DNA of 52,192 bases from Hyphomicrobiales bacterium (lineage in GTDB: Bacteria > Pseudomonadota > Alphaproteobacteria > Rhizobiales > CAJQND01). Every line of letters begins with the position of its first letter. Positions within the stretch are counted from its first letter, which is position 1. Where the stretch lies: contig JBPCVY010000124.1 of NCBI GenBank assembly GCA_051010055.1, forward strand, positions 1-52,192, given 5' to 3'. The position numbers and the translations under genes are program-made. Below, in pieces: positions 20,669 to 31,005 of this stretch. Below the pieces are notes generated by a model. That model was given only the letters and a program-made list of their open reading frames with translations, did not search any database and was not told the origin of the DNA.

Positions 20669-21541
20669 ATGGCGGACACAGTGCTCGGTATCATCGGCGG
20701 TTCGGGTTTCTATGATCTGAAGCTGGAGAATTCTCGCCTTGAAGAAGTGAAAGGACCATGGGGGGAACCTTCAGCCCCGCTCAGGTGCGGTGAGATCAAT
20801 GGTCTGCCGATTGTGTTCCTCGCCCGCCACGGCGTAGGTCATGCAATACCCCCCAACGAAATCAACTACCGGGCCAACATTGATGCCCTCAAAAGAGCCG
20901 GTGTTACCGACCTGGTTTCTCTTTCCGCCTGCGGCTCATTCCGCGAGGAACTTGCGCCCGGCGTTTTCGTTCTTGTCGACCAGTTCATCGACCGCACGAT
21001 TGCGCGCAAAAAAACCTTTTTCGGAACGGGCTGTGTTGGCCATGTTTCTTTGGCGAACCCGGTAAGTTCCGGCCTTGTCGGTCGGGTGGCAGAAGCTTCG
21101 GTGGCTGAAGATATTCCCCATCACTTGGGAGGCACATATCTGGTTATGGAGGGCCCGCAATTTTCAACCCTTGCAGAAAGCCATATGTATCGTGCCTGGG
21201 GCTGTGACGTTATCGGCATGACCAACATGCCTGAGGCCAAGCTCGCCCGGGAGGCGGAAATTTGCTATTGCAGCGTTGCCATGGTCACCGACTATGACAG
21301 CTGGCATCCTGCTCATGGCGAGGTAGACGTTCCCTCTATTCTCAAGGTTATGCAGACTAACACAAAAAATGCCGCCCGGCTGGTTTCGCGCCTGGCAACG
21401 GATTTTCCCAAGACCCATCCTGAGTGCCCTGACGGCTCTGACCGGGCACTAGATTTTGCGATTATCACGCCCCCGGAAGCACGCGATCCCGGCCTTGTGG
21501 CAAAGCTGGATGCAGTTGCAGGACGCGTTTTAAAGGCCTGA
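20669..21541 (+). CDS. mtnP: S-methyl-5'-thioadenosine phosphorylase
   Basis: GIIGGSG, RHG, EGPQFSTLAES, GMTNMPEAKLAREA, VTDYD. Confidence 0.95.
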   Translation: MADTVLGIIGGSGFYDLKLENSRLEEVKGPWGEPSAPLRCGEINGLPIVFLARHGVGHAIPPNEINYRANIDALKRAGVTDLVSLSACGSFREELAPGVFVLVDQFIDRTIARKKTFFGTGCVGHVSLANPVSSGLVGRVAEASVAEDIPHHLGGTYLVMEGPQFSTLAESHMYRAWGCDVIGMTNMPEAKLAREAEICYCSVAMVTDYDSWHPAHGEVDVPSILKVMQTNTKNAARLVSRLATDFPKTHPECPDGSDRALDFAIITPPEARDPGLVAKLDAVAGRVLKA

Positions 21542-21655
21542 CCTCTTTCGTCATATTGAAAGTCTTTTTCGTCTTTTGCCCTTTATCAATGCGCGATAGT
21601 GTCTAAAATTGCGTTTCGGAGAAAACGTCAAAAAAAGCTCAGGTGAGGGATTTTT

Positions 21656-22729
21656 ATGAGAAAGCTAATTCTATCCGTCGTGGCCACGGCGGTGATGTTG
21701 CTGTCGGCCACATTCGCCCAGGCCGCTGAACAAACCAAAGTGGGGTTCGTTTATGTCGGCCCGGTGGGTGACCATGGTTGGACATATCGCCACGATATTG
21801 GCCGCCAGGCCGTCGAAAAAGCATTCGGCGACAAGGTTAAAACCACCTATGTGGAAAGCGTGAAGGAAGGCGCGGACGCTGAACGCGTCATTCGCGAGCT
21901 CGCTGCCAATGGCAACGATATCATCTTCACAACGTCGTTTGGCTACATGAACCCGACCGTTAAAGTGGCCAAGCAGTTTCCAAATGTGAAGTTCGAACAT
22001 GCCACCGGCTATAAGCAGGGAGCAAATCTTGCGACATATTCGGCCCGTTTCTACGAAGGCCGTTACGTGGCTGGCATCCTGGCCGGGCATCTGACCAAAT
22101 CAAATGTGATCGGTTACATCGCTTCGTTCCCGATCCCGGAAGTCGTGCGCGGCATCAACGCGTTCACGATTGCCTTGCGCAAGATCAACCCAGAGGCAAC
22201 GGTGAAGGTTGTGTGGGTGTCAACCTGGTATGACCCGGGCAAGGAAGCAGATGCTGCCAAGGTGCTCATGGACCAGGGCGCTGATATCATCCTGCAGCAC
22301 ACCGACTCAACTGCCCCGCTGCAAACAGCTCAAGCCGCCGGCAAGCTTGGATTTGGCCAGGCATCTGATATGGCCCAGTTCGCTCCTAAAGCGCAGCTTA
22401 CATCTATCATCGACAACTGGGATGGCTACTATGTTGACCGGGTGAAAGCAGTAATGGATGGCTCCTGGAAGTCTGGCGATACATGGGGCGGTATCGGTTC
22501 TGGAATGGTTGAAATGGCGCCTTTCAACAAAGATATCCCAGATGATGCCAGAAAAGCGGCAGAAGAAGCACTCGAGGCCATCAAGAGCGGTAAATTCCAC
22601 GCCTTTACCGGTCCGATCAAAAAGCAAGATGGCTCCATGGCGGCCAAAGAAGGGGAAGTTGTCGACGATAAAACCCTTCTCGGCATGAATTTCTACGTTG
22701 AAGGCGTTGAAGGTAAACTGCCAAACTAA
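21656..22729 (+). CDS. BMP-family ABC substrate-binding protein (purine/nucleoside)
   Basis: VGPVGDHGW, TTSFGY, QHTDS motifs; Sec signal AQA-AE. Confidence 0.92.
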   Translation: MRKLILSVVATAVMLLSATFAQAAEQTKVGFVYVGPVGDHGWTYRHDIGRQAVEKAFGDKVKTTYVESVKEGADAERVIRELAANGNDIIFTTSFGYMNPTVKVAKQFPNVKFEHATGYKQGANLATYSARFYEGRYVAGILAGHLTKSNVIGYIASFPIPEVVRGINAFTIALRKINPEATVKVVWVSTWYDPGKEADAAKVLMDQGADIILQHTDSTAPLQTAQAAGKLGFGQASDMAQFAPKAQLTSIIDNWDGYYVDRVKAVMDGSWKSGDTWGGIGSGMVEMAPFNKDIPDDARKAAEEALEAIKSGKFHAFTGPIKKQDGSMAAKEGEVVDDKTLLGMNFYVEGVEGKLPN

Positions 22730-22746
22730 GAACGATCAATTAACTC

Positions 22747-22768
22747 GGGGCGGCCTGTAAGCCGCCCC
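22747..22768 (+). terminator. GC hairpin after the BMP gene (terminator or mRNA stabiliser)
   Basis: ggggcggc-ctgtaa-gccgcccc perfect 8-bp stem; weak U tail. Confidence 0.6.
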
Positions 22769-22792
22769 TAGTCTTGTCTGAGAGCACCTTTC

Positions 22793-23338
22793 ATGGACTT
22801 ACGCAACGGCTTCGATATGAAGCGGTATATCCGCACGATTCCCGACTATCCGAAGCCGGGTATCCTGTTTCGCGACATCACCACACTTTTGGCGAACCCG
22901 CACGGGTTCCGTGCCTGTGTGGACGAGCTTGTTTGGCCGTTTCTGGAAGGCGGCATTGACTATGTAATTGGTATTGAGGCGCGCGGGTTTATTCTCGGTG
23001 GCGCGGTGGCGCACGAGCTGGGGCGCGGGTTTGTGCCAATCCGCAAGAAGGGCAAATTGCCGTGGAAAACCATCGGGCGCGAGTATCAGCTTGAGTACGG
23101 CGTTGACCGCATGGAGATTCATGCCGATGCGATCAAAAAGGGGGATCGTATTTTGATGGTTGATGATCTCATCGCCACAGGTGGAACAGCGGATGCGGCT
23201 GCGGCCCTCATCCAGGATTCAGGCGGTGAAATCGTAGCGGCCGCCTTCGTTATCGATTTGCCCGACCTTGGCGGTTCCAAAAAGCTGGAAGAAAAGGGTG
23301 TAAAGGTTCACACACTTGTGGAGTTTGAGGGAGATTAG
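22793..23338 (+). CDS. apt: Adenine phosphoribosyltransferase
   Basis: [36 protein letters not shown]. Confidence 0.97.
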   Translation: MDLRNGFDMKRYIRTIPDYPKPGILFRDITTLLANPHGFRACVDELVWPFLEGGIDYVIGIEARGFILGGAVAHELGRGFVPIRKKGKLPWKTIGREYQLEYGVDRMEIHADAIKKGDRILMVDDLIATGGTADAAAALIQDSGGEIVAAAFVIDLPDLGGSKKLEEKGVKVHTLVEFEGD

Positions 23339-23832
23339 TCCGCCCGCATTTGCACCATTGTGCTGGATATGAACGAAACCACCACTTCGCCGCGCTGATT
23401 GCGCCCCTCGCCGTGTGTTGTCACCAAACCCCATCCGGGCCGGGAATTGAGCGGGCGCTTCTCGATAATTTCCTGGGTGTAAGAGACCGTATCATCCACA
23501 AAAACCGGGCGCGGCCATTTAAGCTCGCGCAAACCGGGGGATACGCCAATTTCCGGCAAGGCAATGCCTTCCGTCTCGCGGGCAGCGCGCTCGGCCATAT
23601 TGAGATCCACATAAACCCGCATCCAGCTGGAGATGGTTTGCCAGCCTGAAGCGCAAAGCTTGCCAAAATGGCTCTTTTGCGCGGCGGCCTCGTCCATGTG
23701 GAAGGCTTGCGGGTCATATTTTTCCGCAAACCCCTTGATGGTTGCCGTATCGAATGTCTTGGCGCCAAGCTCATACTTGGCGCCAACGCTCAAATCTTCA
23801 AAGAAATCTACCAAAACGGTCATTGGTTTCAC
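23335..23832 (-). CDS. MaoC-family dehydratase
   Basis: FFEDL, YDPQAFH.D, ASGW hot-dog fold motifs. Confidence 0.9.
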   Translation of the reverse strand: MKPMTVLVDFFEDLSVGAKYELGAKTFDTATIKGFAEKYDPQAFHMDEAAAQKSHFGKLCASGWQTISSWMRVYVDLNMAERAARETEGIALPEIGVSPGLRELKWPRPVFVDDTVSYTQEIIEKRPLNSRPGWGLVTTHGEGRNQRGEVVVSFISSTMVQMRAD

Positions 23833-24284
23833 CCTCCCACCGGCGCACGCACGGTAAAAAGTTGCGAACCTTCGGTCTCAGCCTTCACCTCGCCGGTCTG
23901 GTCGAAAAGTTCCCAGCGGATTTTGACAATTCCCATTTCAGGGCGCGATTTTGAGACCCGTTTGGAGAGCACTTCATAGCGGCACGACAAGATGTTGCCC
24001 GGCCGCACGGGACGGCGCCAATTGATGAAATCGAGCCCGAACGACCCCATCGATGCGGCATTCTTCAAGAAGTGATCATAGATGAGCCGCATCTGGATGG
24101 AACACACATGCCAGCCTGACGCAATCAGCCCGCCGGCCATGGAAGATTGCTCGGCTGCCTCTTCATCAGTGTGGAACGGCAACGGGTCATACTCGCGGGC
24201 ATATTCGAGGATCTCTTCACGGGTTACCTCATATGCGCCGTACTCGCCCGTTTCACCGTCAGCAATGTCTTCATAATAGCGCAA
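23829..24284 (-). CDS. MaoC-family dehydratase
   Basis: YYEDI, YDPLPFHTD, GLIASGWH, PVRPG; tandem paralog. Confidence 0.9.
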   Translation of the reverse strand: MRYYEDIADGETGEYGAYEVTREEILEYAREYDPLPFHTDEEAAEQSSMAGGLIASGWHVCSIQMRLIYDHFLKNAASMGSFGLDFINWRRPVRPGNILSCRYEVLSKRVSKSRPEMGIVKIRWELFDQTGEVKAETEGSQLFTVRAPVGG

Positions 24285-24307
24285 TTGAGGAGCCCTTCCC
24301 GCTTTTG

Positions 24308-25405
24308 TCAGACGTTGAACTTGAACAACAGAACGTCACCATCCTTGACCACATATTCCTTGCCTTCGTCGCGGGCTTTGCCCGCATCTTTGGCAGCATT
24401 TTCACCGCCAAGGGATACATAGTCATCAAAGGCGATGGTTTGCGCCCGGATGAAACCGCGTTCAAAGTCGGTATGAATGGCCCCCGCAGCCCCCGGCGCC
24501 TTGGTGCCTTGCTTGACGGTCCAGGCGCGGGTTTCCTTTGGTCCGGCGGTGAAATAGGTAATGAGGTCAAGCAGTTCGTATCCGGCACGGATGAGCCGAT
24601 TAAGGCCTGGCTCTTCAAGGCCTAGATCGGAAAGGTATTCTTTCTGATCGCCTTCATCGAGTTGCGAAAGCTCCGCCTCGATTTCTGCCGAAATAACAAC
24701 CACGCCAGCCCCGTCCCTTTCGGCCTTTTCACGCACTGCATCAGAATAGGCATTGCCTTCTGCGCCCGCGGTCTCTTCCACGTTGCACACATACAGGACA
24801 GGCTTGGTGGTTAAGAGATTTAGCGCTCGCCAGGCAGGGCGCTCTTCCGGCGTAATCTCGGCCAGGCGCGCCGGTCTGCCGTCCCGCAAAAGGTTCATCG
24901 CCTTTTCCATGAGCCCAAGTGAGGCCTTGGCCTCTTTCTCGCCGCTGCGCGCCTTTTTCTCAAGCGGTTCTGCCCGCCGCTCCAGGCTTTCAAGATCGGC
25001 AATCATCAGCTCGGTTTCAACCACATCGGCATCACGAACCGGGTCAATATCACCTTCGACATGGGTTATATCTGTGTCCTGAAAACATCGCAGCACGTGA
25101 GCAATGGCATCCACTTCGCGGATATTGGCGAGGAACTTGTTGCCCAGTCCCTCGCCTTTCGATGCACCGCGCACCAGCCCGGCAATATCAACAAAGGTGA
25201 GGCGCGTGGCGATCACTTCTTTGGATTTGGCGATGGATGAAATTTTGTCCAGCCTCTCGTCGGGCACTGGAACTTCGCCCACATTAGGTTCGATAGTGCA
25301 GAACGGATAGTTGGCCGCCTGCGCGGCCGCAGTGCGGGTCAAGGCGTTGAAAAGTGTCGATTTGCCCACGTTCGGCAATCCAACGATGCCGCATTTAAAC
25401 CCCAT
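24308..25405 (-). CDS. ychF: Redox-regulated ribosome-binding ATPase YchF
   Basis: GLPNVGKST, ANYPFCTIEPN, DIAGLV, TGS domain. Confidence 0.98.
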   Translation of the reverse strand: MGFKCGIVGLPNVGKSTLFNALTRTAAAQAANYPFCTIEPNVGEVPVPDERLDKISSIAKSKEVIATRLTFVDIAGLVRGASKGEGLGNKFLANIREVDAIAHVLRCFQDTDITHVEGDIDPVRDADVVETELMIADLESLERRAEPLEKKARSGEKEAKASLGLMEKAMNLLRDGRPARLAEITPEERPAWRALNLLTTKPVLYVCNVEETAGAEGNAYSDAVREKAERDGAGVVVISAEIEAELSQLDEGDQKEYLSDLGLEEPGLNRLIRAGYELLDLITYFTAGPKETRAWTVKQGTKAPGAAGAIHTDFERGFIRAQTIAFDDYVSLGGENAAKDAGKARDEGKEYVVKDGDVLLFKFNV

Positions 25406-25416
25406 GGTCGTAGCCT

Positions 25417-26124
25417 TTATGCGTTTGAGTTCTTGGAAAAAAGTTTTTTTAGTGCATCAGCAAAGGGGCCGGACTTTTCTTCCCGGGTTTGCTGAGCTGA
25501 AATTTTAGGCGCTGGCTTTTTCGGCGCCTCCGGCTTCTCGGGTTTCGTTTCCGCATCCGGATTCACCGCAAGATGGACCTTATTCTGGAAACTTGCCGCA
25601 TCGTCATCGACCAAAAGACCAGCATAGTTCCCAATCGCATCAACAAGCGCATCCAACCACGCGCGTTCAGCCTTTGAGAAATCCTTCAAGACCCAGGAAT
25701 GAACCTTGGACTTATTGCCGGGATGGCCAATACCGAGACGCACCCGGTTAAAATCCTTGCCGATATGGGCGGCAATTGACTTCAGGCCGTTGTGGCCGGC
25801 AAGTCCACCACCCTGTTTGCAGCGCACCTTGCCAGGCGCAAGGTCAAGCTCGTCATGAAAGACAAAAACATCCTCAGGCGCCAGCTTGTAGAACTTCATT
25901 GCCTCACCAACCGAGCGCCCACTTTCGTTCATGAACGTTTGCGGCTTCAGCAGCAGAACCTTTTGCGAACCCAGCCGGCCCTCGGAAATTTCACCGCGAA
26001 AACGCTTTCGCCAAGGTGAAAACCCATGGCGTGCGGCAATTTCGTCCACGGCCATAAAACCGATATTGTGCCGATTAGCGGCATATTTTGTTCCGGGATT
26101 TCCAAGCCCTGCCAGAAGGATCAT
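25417..26124 (-). CDS. pth: Peptidyl-tRNA hydrolase
   Basis: GLGNPG, RHNIGF, MNESG, HDELD, GHNGLKS; ATG 26124 after ggagga RBS. Confidence 0.97.
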   Translation of the reverse strand: MILLAGLGNPGTKYAANRHNIGFMAVDEIAARHGFSPWRKRFRGEISEGRLGSQKVLLLKPQTFMNESGRSVGEAMKFYKLAPEDVFVFHDELDLAPGKVRCKQGGGLAGHNGLKSIAAHIGKDFNRVRLGIGHPGNKSKVHSWVLKDFSKAERAWLDALVDAIGNYAGLLVDDDAASFQNKVHLAVNPDAETKPEKPEAPKKPAPKISAQQTREEKSGPFADALKKLFSKNSNA

Positions 26125-26150
26125 CTGTGCTCCTCCATTAAGCGTTAGAG

Positions 26151-26227
26151 CCGGCAGGCCTGCCGGTGAAAAGTGAACTGGTGATGGCGGACCATCACCA
26201 GTTCCCACTGCCCGCAGGGTGCGGGCA
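26151..26227. repeat. Three adjacent perfect inverted repeats between rplY and pth
   Basis: 16-bp palindrome 26151-26166; 13-bp stem 26175-26204 (followed by ACUUUU on the minus strand); 8-bp stem 26209-26227. Confidence 0.85.
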
Positions 26228-26241
26228 AAGCATCAATATGG

Positions 26242-26934
26242 TTACTCGCTGCTTTCTTCAGAAGCTTCACCAGCTTCTTCTTCAGCGCCTTCACCTTCGC
26301 CCTCGCCTTCAACGCCTTCGAGCTCTTCGCCTTCTTCACCTTCTTCTTCGTCTTCTTCGACAACTTCAGCGGCAGGTGCTGCAACCGAAGCGATGGTGAA
26401 GTCGCGGTCGTCAATAGTGGGCTTGACGTCGTCCGGCAGGTCCACCTCGGAGATGTGAACCGAATCACCGATATCAAGTCCGCCAACATCAATCGTCAGC
26501 TCTTCAGGAATAGAAGAAGCGGGGCAGACAAGCTCAACAGTGTAGCGGACAACGTTCAGAACACCGCCGCGCTTGAGGCCCGGAGAATCGTCTTCGTTCA
26601 CGAACACCACCGGAATTTCAACATTAACAGTGGCGCCCTTGCCAAGACGCAGAAAGTCTATGTGCAAAATGAAATCACGCACCGGTTCAAACTGAACATC
26701 ACGGGGAATGGTTCTAAATTTCTTGCCATCCACTTCCAGGTCCACAAGACGGGTCATGAACAGGCCGGTATTCACCTGTTTCATAACTTCCGTGTAGCCG
26801 AGGCTAATTGTTATGGGGTCTTGCTTGTCGCCGTAAATCACGGCGGGAACACGGCCTTCTCTACGAATTGCGCGGGCGGCCCCCTTGCCTGTCCCTTCGC
26901 GCAATTCAGCGGCCAACGTGACGTTGTCTGCCAT
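26242..26934 (-). CDS. rplY: 50S ribosomal protein L25/Ctc with acidic tail
   Basis: GKGAARAIRREGRVPAVIYG, HIDF, GLKRGG; Glu-rich C-terminus. Confidence 0.97.
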   Translation of the reverse strand: MADNVTLAAELREGTGKGAARAIRREGRVPAVIYGDKQDPITISLGYTEVMKQVNTGLFMTRLVDLEVDGKKFRTIPRDVQFEPVRDFILHIDFLRLGKGATVNVEIPVVFVNEDDSPGLKRGGVLNVVRYTVELVCPASSIPEELTIDVGGLDIGDSVHISEVDLPDDVKPTIDDRDFTIASVAAPAAEVVEEDEEEGEEGEELEGVEGEGEGEGAEEEAGEASEESSE

Positions 26935-27011
26935 AGTCTTTCTCCATTGAGATTTCAGAATTTCAAATCCGGTGCCTCCTCCAGGGGGGAACAGCCATCC
27001 GGACAGCGCGG

Positions 27012-27040
27012 CTTATACAGGCAAACATGCCTGCACGCAA
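27012..27040 (-). promoter_or_regulatory. Putative sigma70 promoter of rplY
   Basis: TTGCGT-N17-TATAAG on the minus strand, about 78 bp upstream of the ATG. Confidence 0.55.
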
Positions 27041-27083
27041 TGGAAAGCGGTGCGCAAATTGCACGCAATCGCACGCATAAATT

Positions 27084-28016
27084 TTAGTGAAACAGGCTGG
27101 AGACGCTTTCTTCGCGTGAGGTGCGGCCGATGGCTTCACCGATAAGCGGGGCGATGGACAATACGCGGATATTGTTGGACACGCGCACAGCCTCGGTGGC
27201 CTGGATCGAATCGGTCACCACCAGCTCTTTGAGCTGAGATGAGGTAATGCGCGCCACCGCGCCGCCGGAAAGCACCCCATGGGTGATGTAAGCGGAAACG
27301 TCCGTTGCCCCTTTTGCAAGCAAGGCATCGGCGGCGTTGCACAATGTGCCACCGGAATCGACAATATCGTCCACCAGAATGCACGAAAAGCCATCCACAT
27401 CGCCGATGATGTTCATCACTTCGCTTTCGCCGGCCCGCTCGCGGCGTTTGTCGACGATGGCGAGCGGAGCACCGATGCGTTTGGCCAGTCCGCGCGCGCG
27501 CACCACGCCGCCCACGTCCGGTGAAACCACCATCAGTTTGCCGCCGTTGTAGCTTTCCTTGATGTCGCGCACCATAACTGGCGCTGCAAACAGATTATCT
27601 GTCGGAATATCGAAGAAGCCCTGAATCTGTCCAGCGTGCAAATCGAGTGTCATGACGCGGTCAGCACCCGCCTCGGTGATCAGGTTGGCCACCAGCTTGG
27701 CGGAAATCGGCGTGCGTGGACCAGGTTTTCTGTCCTGGCGTGCATAACCGAAGTAAGGAATAACCGCTGTGATGCGCTGAGCCGACGAGCGCCTGAGCGC
27801 ATCGATGATAATCAGCGTTTCCATCAGATGGTCATTTGCCGGAAACGAAGTTGACTGCACGACGAACACATCTTCACCGCGCACATTTTCCTGTATCTCG
27901 ACAAACACCTCCATGTCAGCAAAACGGCGTACAACGCACTTGCTGAGTGGAATGTTCAGATATGCGGCAATTGCCTCTGCCAGAGCTCTATTGCTATTAC
28001 CTGCAACCAGCTTCAT
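27084..28016 (-). CDS. prs: Ribose-phosphate pyrophosphokinase
   Basis: [37 protein letters not shown]. Confidence 0.98.
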   Translation of the reverse strand: MKLVAGNSNRALAEAIAAYLNIPLSKCVVRRFADMEVFVEIQENVRGEDVFVVQSTSFPANDHLMETLIIIDALRRSSAQRITAVIPYFGYARQDRKPGPRTPISAKLVANLITEAGADRVMTLDLHAGQIQGFFDIPTDNLFAAPVMVRDIKESYNGGKLMVVSPDVGGVVRARGLAKRIGAPLAIVDKRRERAGESEVMNIIGDVDGFSCILVDDIVDSGGTLCNAADALLAKGATDVSAYITHGVLSGGAVARITSSQLKELVVTDSIQATEAVRVSNNIRVLSIAPLIGEAIGRTSREESVSSLFH

Positions 28017-28209
28017 TACGCCTGCCCTCTTCCCGCGCGGCGAGACTTTGTTCTCTAGGCCGGAACCCCTCTTACGTGTGGTTCATAGCAATGTGGGATT
28101 TGCCTGTAAATACATCACCACGCCAATCCACAGGCTTAGAGCGTAAATAGTTCAATTCTTTGCGCGTGGATGCGCCCGATATTGTCACCCAAAAGGAAGC
28201 TTCGCGAAT

Positions 28210-28965
28210 TCAACCCTGGCGCTTTTTCACTTTGGCAATCAGATTGAAGATGCCACTGGCCGCCGCTTGAGCTGCGTAATGAGCGTTAGGGCCAAAGCCT
28301 GCATCAACAGCACCGGCTGGCACTGTGTTGGCCTGGCGGATTGTCCCGATTACGCTGCCATCCGGATCAACCAGTTCCCACGCCAAGGTCACTTTCTGCT
28401 GGCCGTTCGTGTTCTTGCCTACTTCCACCTTGCCACGGATGGTGAGCGCATCATCAGCTGGCGCAGAACGGACAGGCCAACCTGCCGTTTTCAAGACTTC
28501 ACGCATGGCAGCAGTAAGCTCAACATTCCCCCGGCCAGGTGCGCCTTTTACAACGGGCACTGCAACCGCGCGAATTTGCTTGTCTGTATTTTCCTGCTTT
28601 TTCTTCGGCTTAGCGGGCGCTACCTCTGCTGACGCCGGCGATGCGGCGGCGGTCTTGGTTTCAGGCGGCGGCGCGCTCTTTACTGAATGAGATGCAGTTT
28701 TTGCCGCAACAATGGGTGTGGCAATATCAGTCGGTGTCGCCGAAGAGTTATGCGGGCTATTGGCCAATTGCCGAATTTTCAGCAGCTGCTCAGCATCGCG
28801 GTGGGTGGGGTCAATATCGGCGCTATCAGCCGGCTTCGCCAGCTGCAAGGAGCGTTCCTTTGGCAGAGTGGGTAGCGAACCGCCACAACCGGCAAGCGCG
28901 AAACCCGCCGCAACCATCAAAGCGCCAAGGGCGGCTGGCCTCAAATAGCATGTGCATCCCCGCAT
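28210..28965 (-). CDS. Hypothetical lipoprotein
   Basis: LAGC lipobox, Pro/Ala/Lys linker, C-terminal V.GAPG.GN.EL domain; start uncertain. Confidence 0.7.
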   Translation of the reverse strand: MRGCTCYLRPAALGALMVAAGFALAGCGGSLPTLPKERSLQLAKPADSADIDPTHRDAEQLLKIRQLANSPHNSSATPTDIATPIVAAKTASHSVKSAPPPETKTAAASPASAEVAPAKPKKKQENTDKQIRAVAVPVVKGAPGRGNVELTAAMREVLKTAGWPVRSAPADDALTIRGKVEVGKNTNGQQKVTLAWELVDPDGSVIGTIRQANTVPAGAVDAGFGPNAHYAAQAAASGIFNLIAKVKKRQG

Positions 28966-29077
28966 CAACAAGCGAATCACCTTGTCAAAATTCCGCTTGA
29001 GTAGGTCAAAACCTACTGGCAGTTTCAACCGGCTATAACTGCAGCCTGTGGATTTTTTTGTTTTGCGGACTCTCGCA

Positions 29078-30229
29078 CTAGCACCGAAGGAGTTCAAGCG
29101 GCATTTTGGAAAGGTGTTCCGGTTTCCCCTCGGTCAGTATGTAACTGCGCCCCAGGGTCATGGCGGTGCCGGTATCGGAATCCATCAAAATCATATGAGT
29201 AAAGAAGACCATACCGGGCCCGAGCTCTGCCGGATTGGCTTTATAAAACATGGGCCAGTCCATCCAGCTTGGGGTGAATTTAGCTCCAAGGGAATAGCCG
29301 CATGCTGCCAGTGCATGTTTTTCCAACCCATGCTCAGCCATGACGTCCGCATGGGCGGAGTAGACATCTCCCGCTGTCCTTCCCGGGCGGAGTTGTTCGC
29401 GGCATGCAAGCAACGCCTCTTGGGCAGCGGCAAACATCATTTCATGGGGTTCGCGTAGTTCACCGATAATGACCGTATCCATCATGGCCGCGTGGTAGTG
29501 GCGGTAAGCTCCCGCCCATTCCAGGGTGAGCTGGTCGTTGGTGCTCAAAATCCTGCGGCCCGCCTTATAGCGGCACAATAAAGCGTCTTCTCCGGAACCG
29601 ATTATGAACTCGTTGGCTGGATAATCACCACCGCCGGAAAACACCGCTCCTTGCATGGCGGCCAGGATTGCCCCTTCAGCGGCGCCAGCACGGGTCTCCA
29701 AAAGTGCTGCCTGCAATGCAGCATCACACAATTCGCCAGCGTTTCGCACAAAGGCAAGTTCGGCAGGCGATTTCACCACCCGAACACTGTCAACCAGGCC
29801 GGATGCATCTTCTAAGGTGCAAAACCCATCCAGTACAGCATCAAGCGCTTTGCCGTTGGCGGCTGTCAGCCCGTAGGACTGGTATTCTACACCGAGCTTT
29901 TTTCCTTTTGTACCAAGGCTCTCAAGCATATCGCGGAGCTTTAGCGGAGGATTGGCGTCCACTCCATCAGTCCAGATGCGGATATCCTCAACGTTCGATG
30001 TGTGCTGGGCCTGGCGCAAATCCGCCGAACGGGTAAGCAGCGCCAATGTGCCATCAGTGGCCAGATAAAGGCATTGGAAAAAGCAGAACCCGAACGTATC
30101 AAACCCAGTGAGGTAATACATGGATTCCTGCTGGAACATGAGCAATCCATCAAGGCCGCGGGCATCCAGTTCGCGTATGACGGATTTCTTGCGGGCCTCA
30201 TACTCAGCGGGTTCGAAATGCAACGCCAT
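29078..30229 (-). CDS. M24/Xaa-Pro peptidase family protein (ectoine hydrolase-like)
   Basis: Creatinase N-domain (QQESMYYLTG), VKSPAE, pita-bread C-domain. Confidence 0.88.
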   Translation of the reverse strand: MALHFEPAEYEARKKSVIRELDARGLDGLLMFQQESMYYLTGFDTFGFCFFQCLYLATDGTLALLTRSADLRQAQHTSNVEDIRIWTDGVDANPPLKLRDMLESLGTKGKKLGVEYQSYGLTAANGKALDAVLDGFCTLEDASGLVDSVRVVKSPAELAFVRNAGELCDAALQAALLETRAGAAEGAILAAMQGAVFSGGGDYPANEFIIGSGEDALLCRYKAGRRILSTNDQLTLEWAGAYRHYHAAMMDTVIIGELREPHEMMFAAAQEALLACREQLRPGRTAGDVYSAHADVMAEHGLEKHALAACGYSLGAKFTPSWMDWPMFYKANPAELGPGMVFFTHMILMDSDTGTAMTLGRSYILTEGKPEHLSKMPLELLRC

Positions 30230-30240
30230 GGCAAGCTCCC

Positions 30241-31005
30241 CTATTCAATCAGTGTGATTGCAGAAATCTGGCAGCCATAGTCCGGCTCGCCGCGATGAGT
30301 TGTCCGGCGGTAGGAGAAAAAGCGCTCCTCATCGCCGTAGGTGCAGATTTTCATGTTTTCCACCTGCCCGACACCACAATCTTTCAGCCGCGCTTCAACA
30401 AAGCCCGGCAAATCGAACTGGTAATGATTCTCCCGAACGGAGGGCACGAAAAACCGCTCATAGGCCGCATCTTCCTCAACGAAAAACGCAAAAAATTCCG
30501 GGCCGACTTCATACGCTTCCTGTGAGATTGTGGGACCTATTGCGGCGCAGATGCGCTCTCTTTTTGCTCCCAGCGCCTCCATCATCTTCAACGTTTGTTC
30601 GGAAACGCCGCCAAGGGCCCCCTTCCAGCCGGAATGGGCAGCGCCCACAATGCCGGCTTCTGGCTCGGAAAACAAAACCGGTGTGCAGTCAGCGGTGGTC
30701 ACGGCCAAGGCGATGCCTGGTTTAGCGGCAACAACTGCATCAGCCTTCGGCCGATTCGCCACATCCCAAGGTTCCAATGCTATCGCCACATTGGCGCTGT
30801 GATACTGATATGGCGAAATCAGCGCCTGCGGCTCGACACCCATCTGGGATGCAACTTCCACGCGGTTTCTCATAACTGTTGCGATGACATCATTGGTGCC
30901 AAGCCCGGCGTTGAGACTTTCGTATAGCCCCTTTGAATGCCCCCCTTGCCGGGTGAAAAACCCGTGCCGGACATTATCAGAAGCCAATACATCCGCGATA
31001 ATCAT
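30241..31005 (-). CDS. pgeF: PgeF/YfiH family protein
   Basis: HGFFTRQGG, QYHS, TADC, AAHSGWKG, FFSYRR. Confidence 0.93.
   Translation of the reverse strand: MIIADVLASDNVRHGFFTRQGGHSKGLYESLNAGLGTNDVIATVMRNRVEVASQMGVEPQALISPYQYHSANVAIALEPWDVANRPKADAVVAAKPGIALAVTTADCTPVLFSEPEAGIVGAAHSGWKGALGGVSEQTLKMMEALGAKRERICAAIGPTISQEAYEVGPEFFAFFVEEDAAYERFFVPSVRENHYQFDLPGFVEARLKDCGVGQVENMKICTYGDEERFFSYRRTTHRGEPDYGCQISAITLIE

Noticed and set aside
26245-26365. Low-complexity (cttc/cctt)n tract
   Set aside because: It encodes the Glu/Gly-rich acidic tail of L25/Ctc, a common feature.
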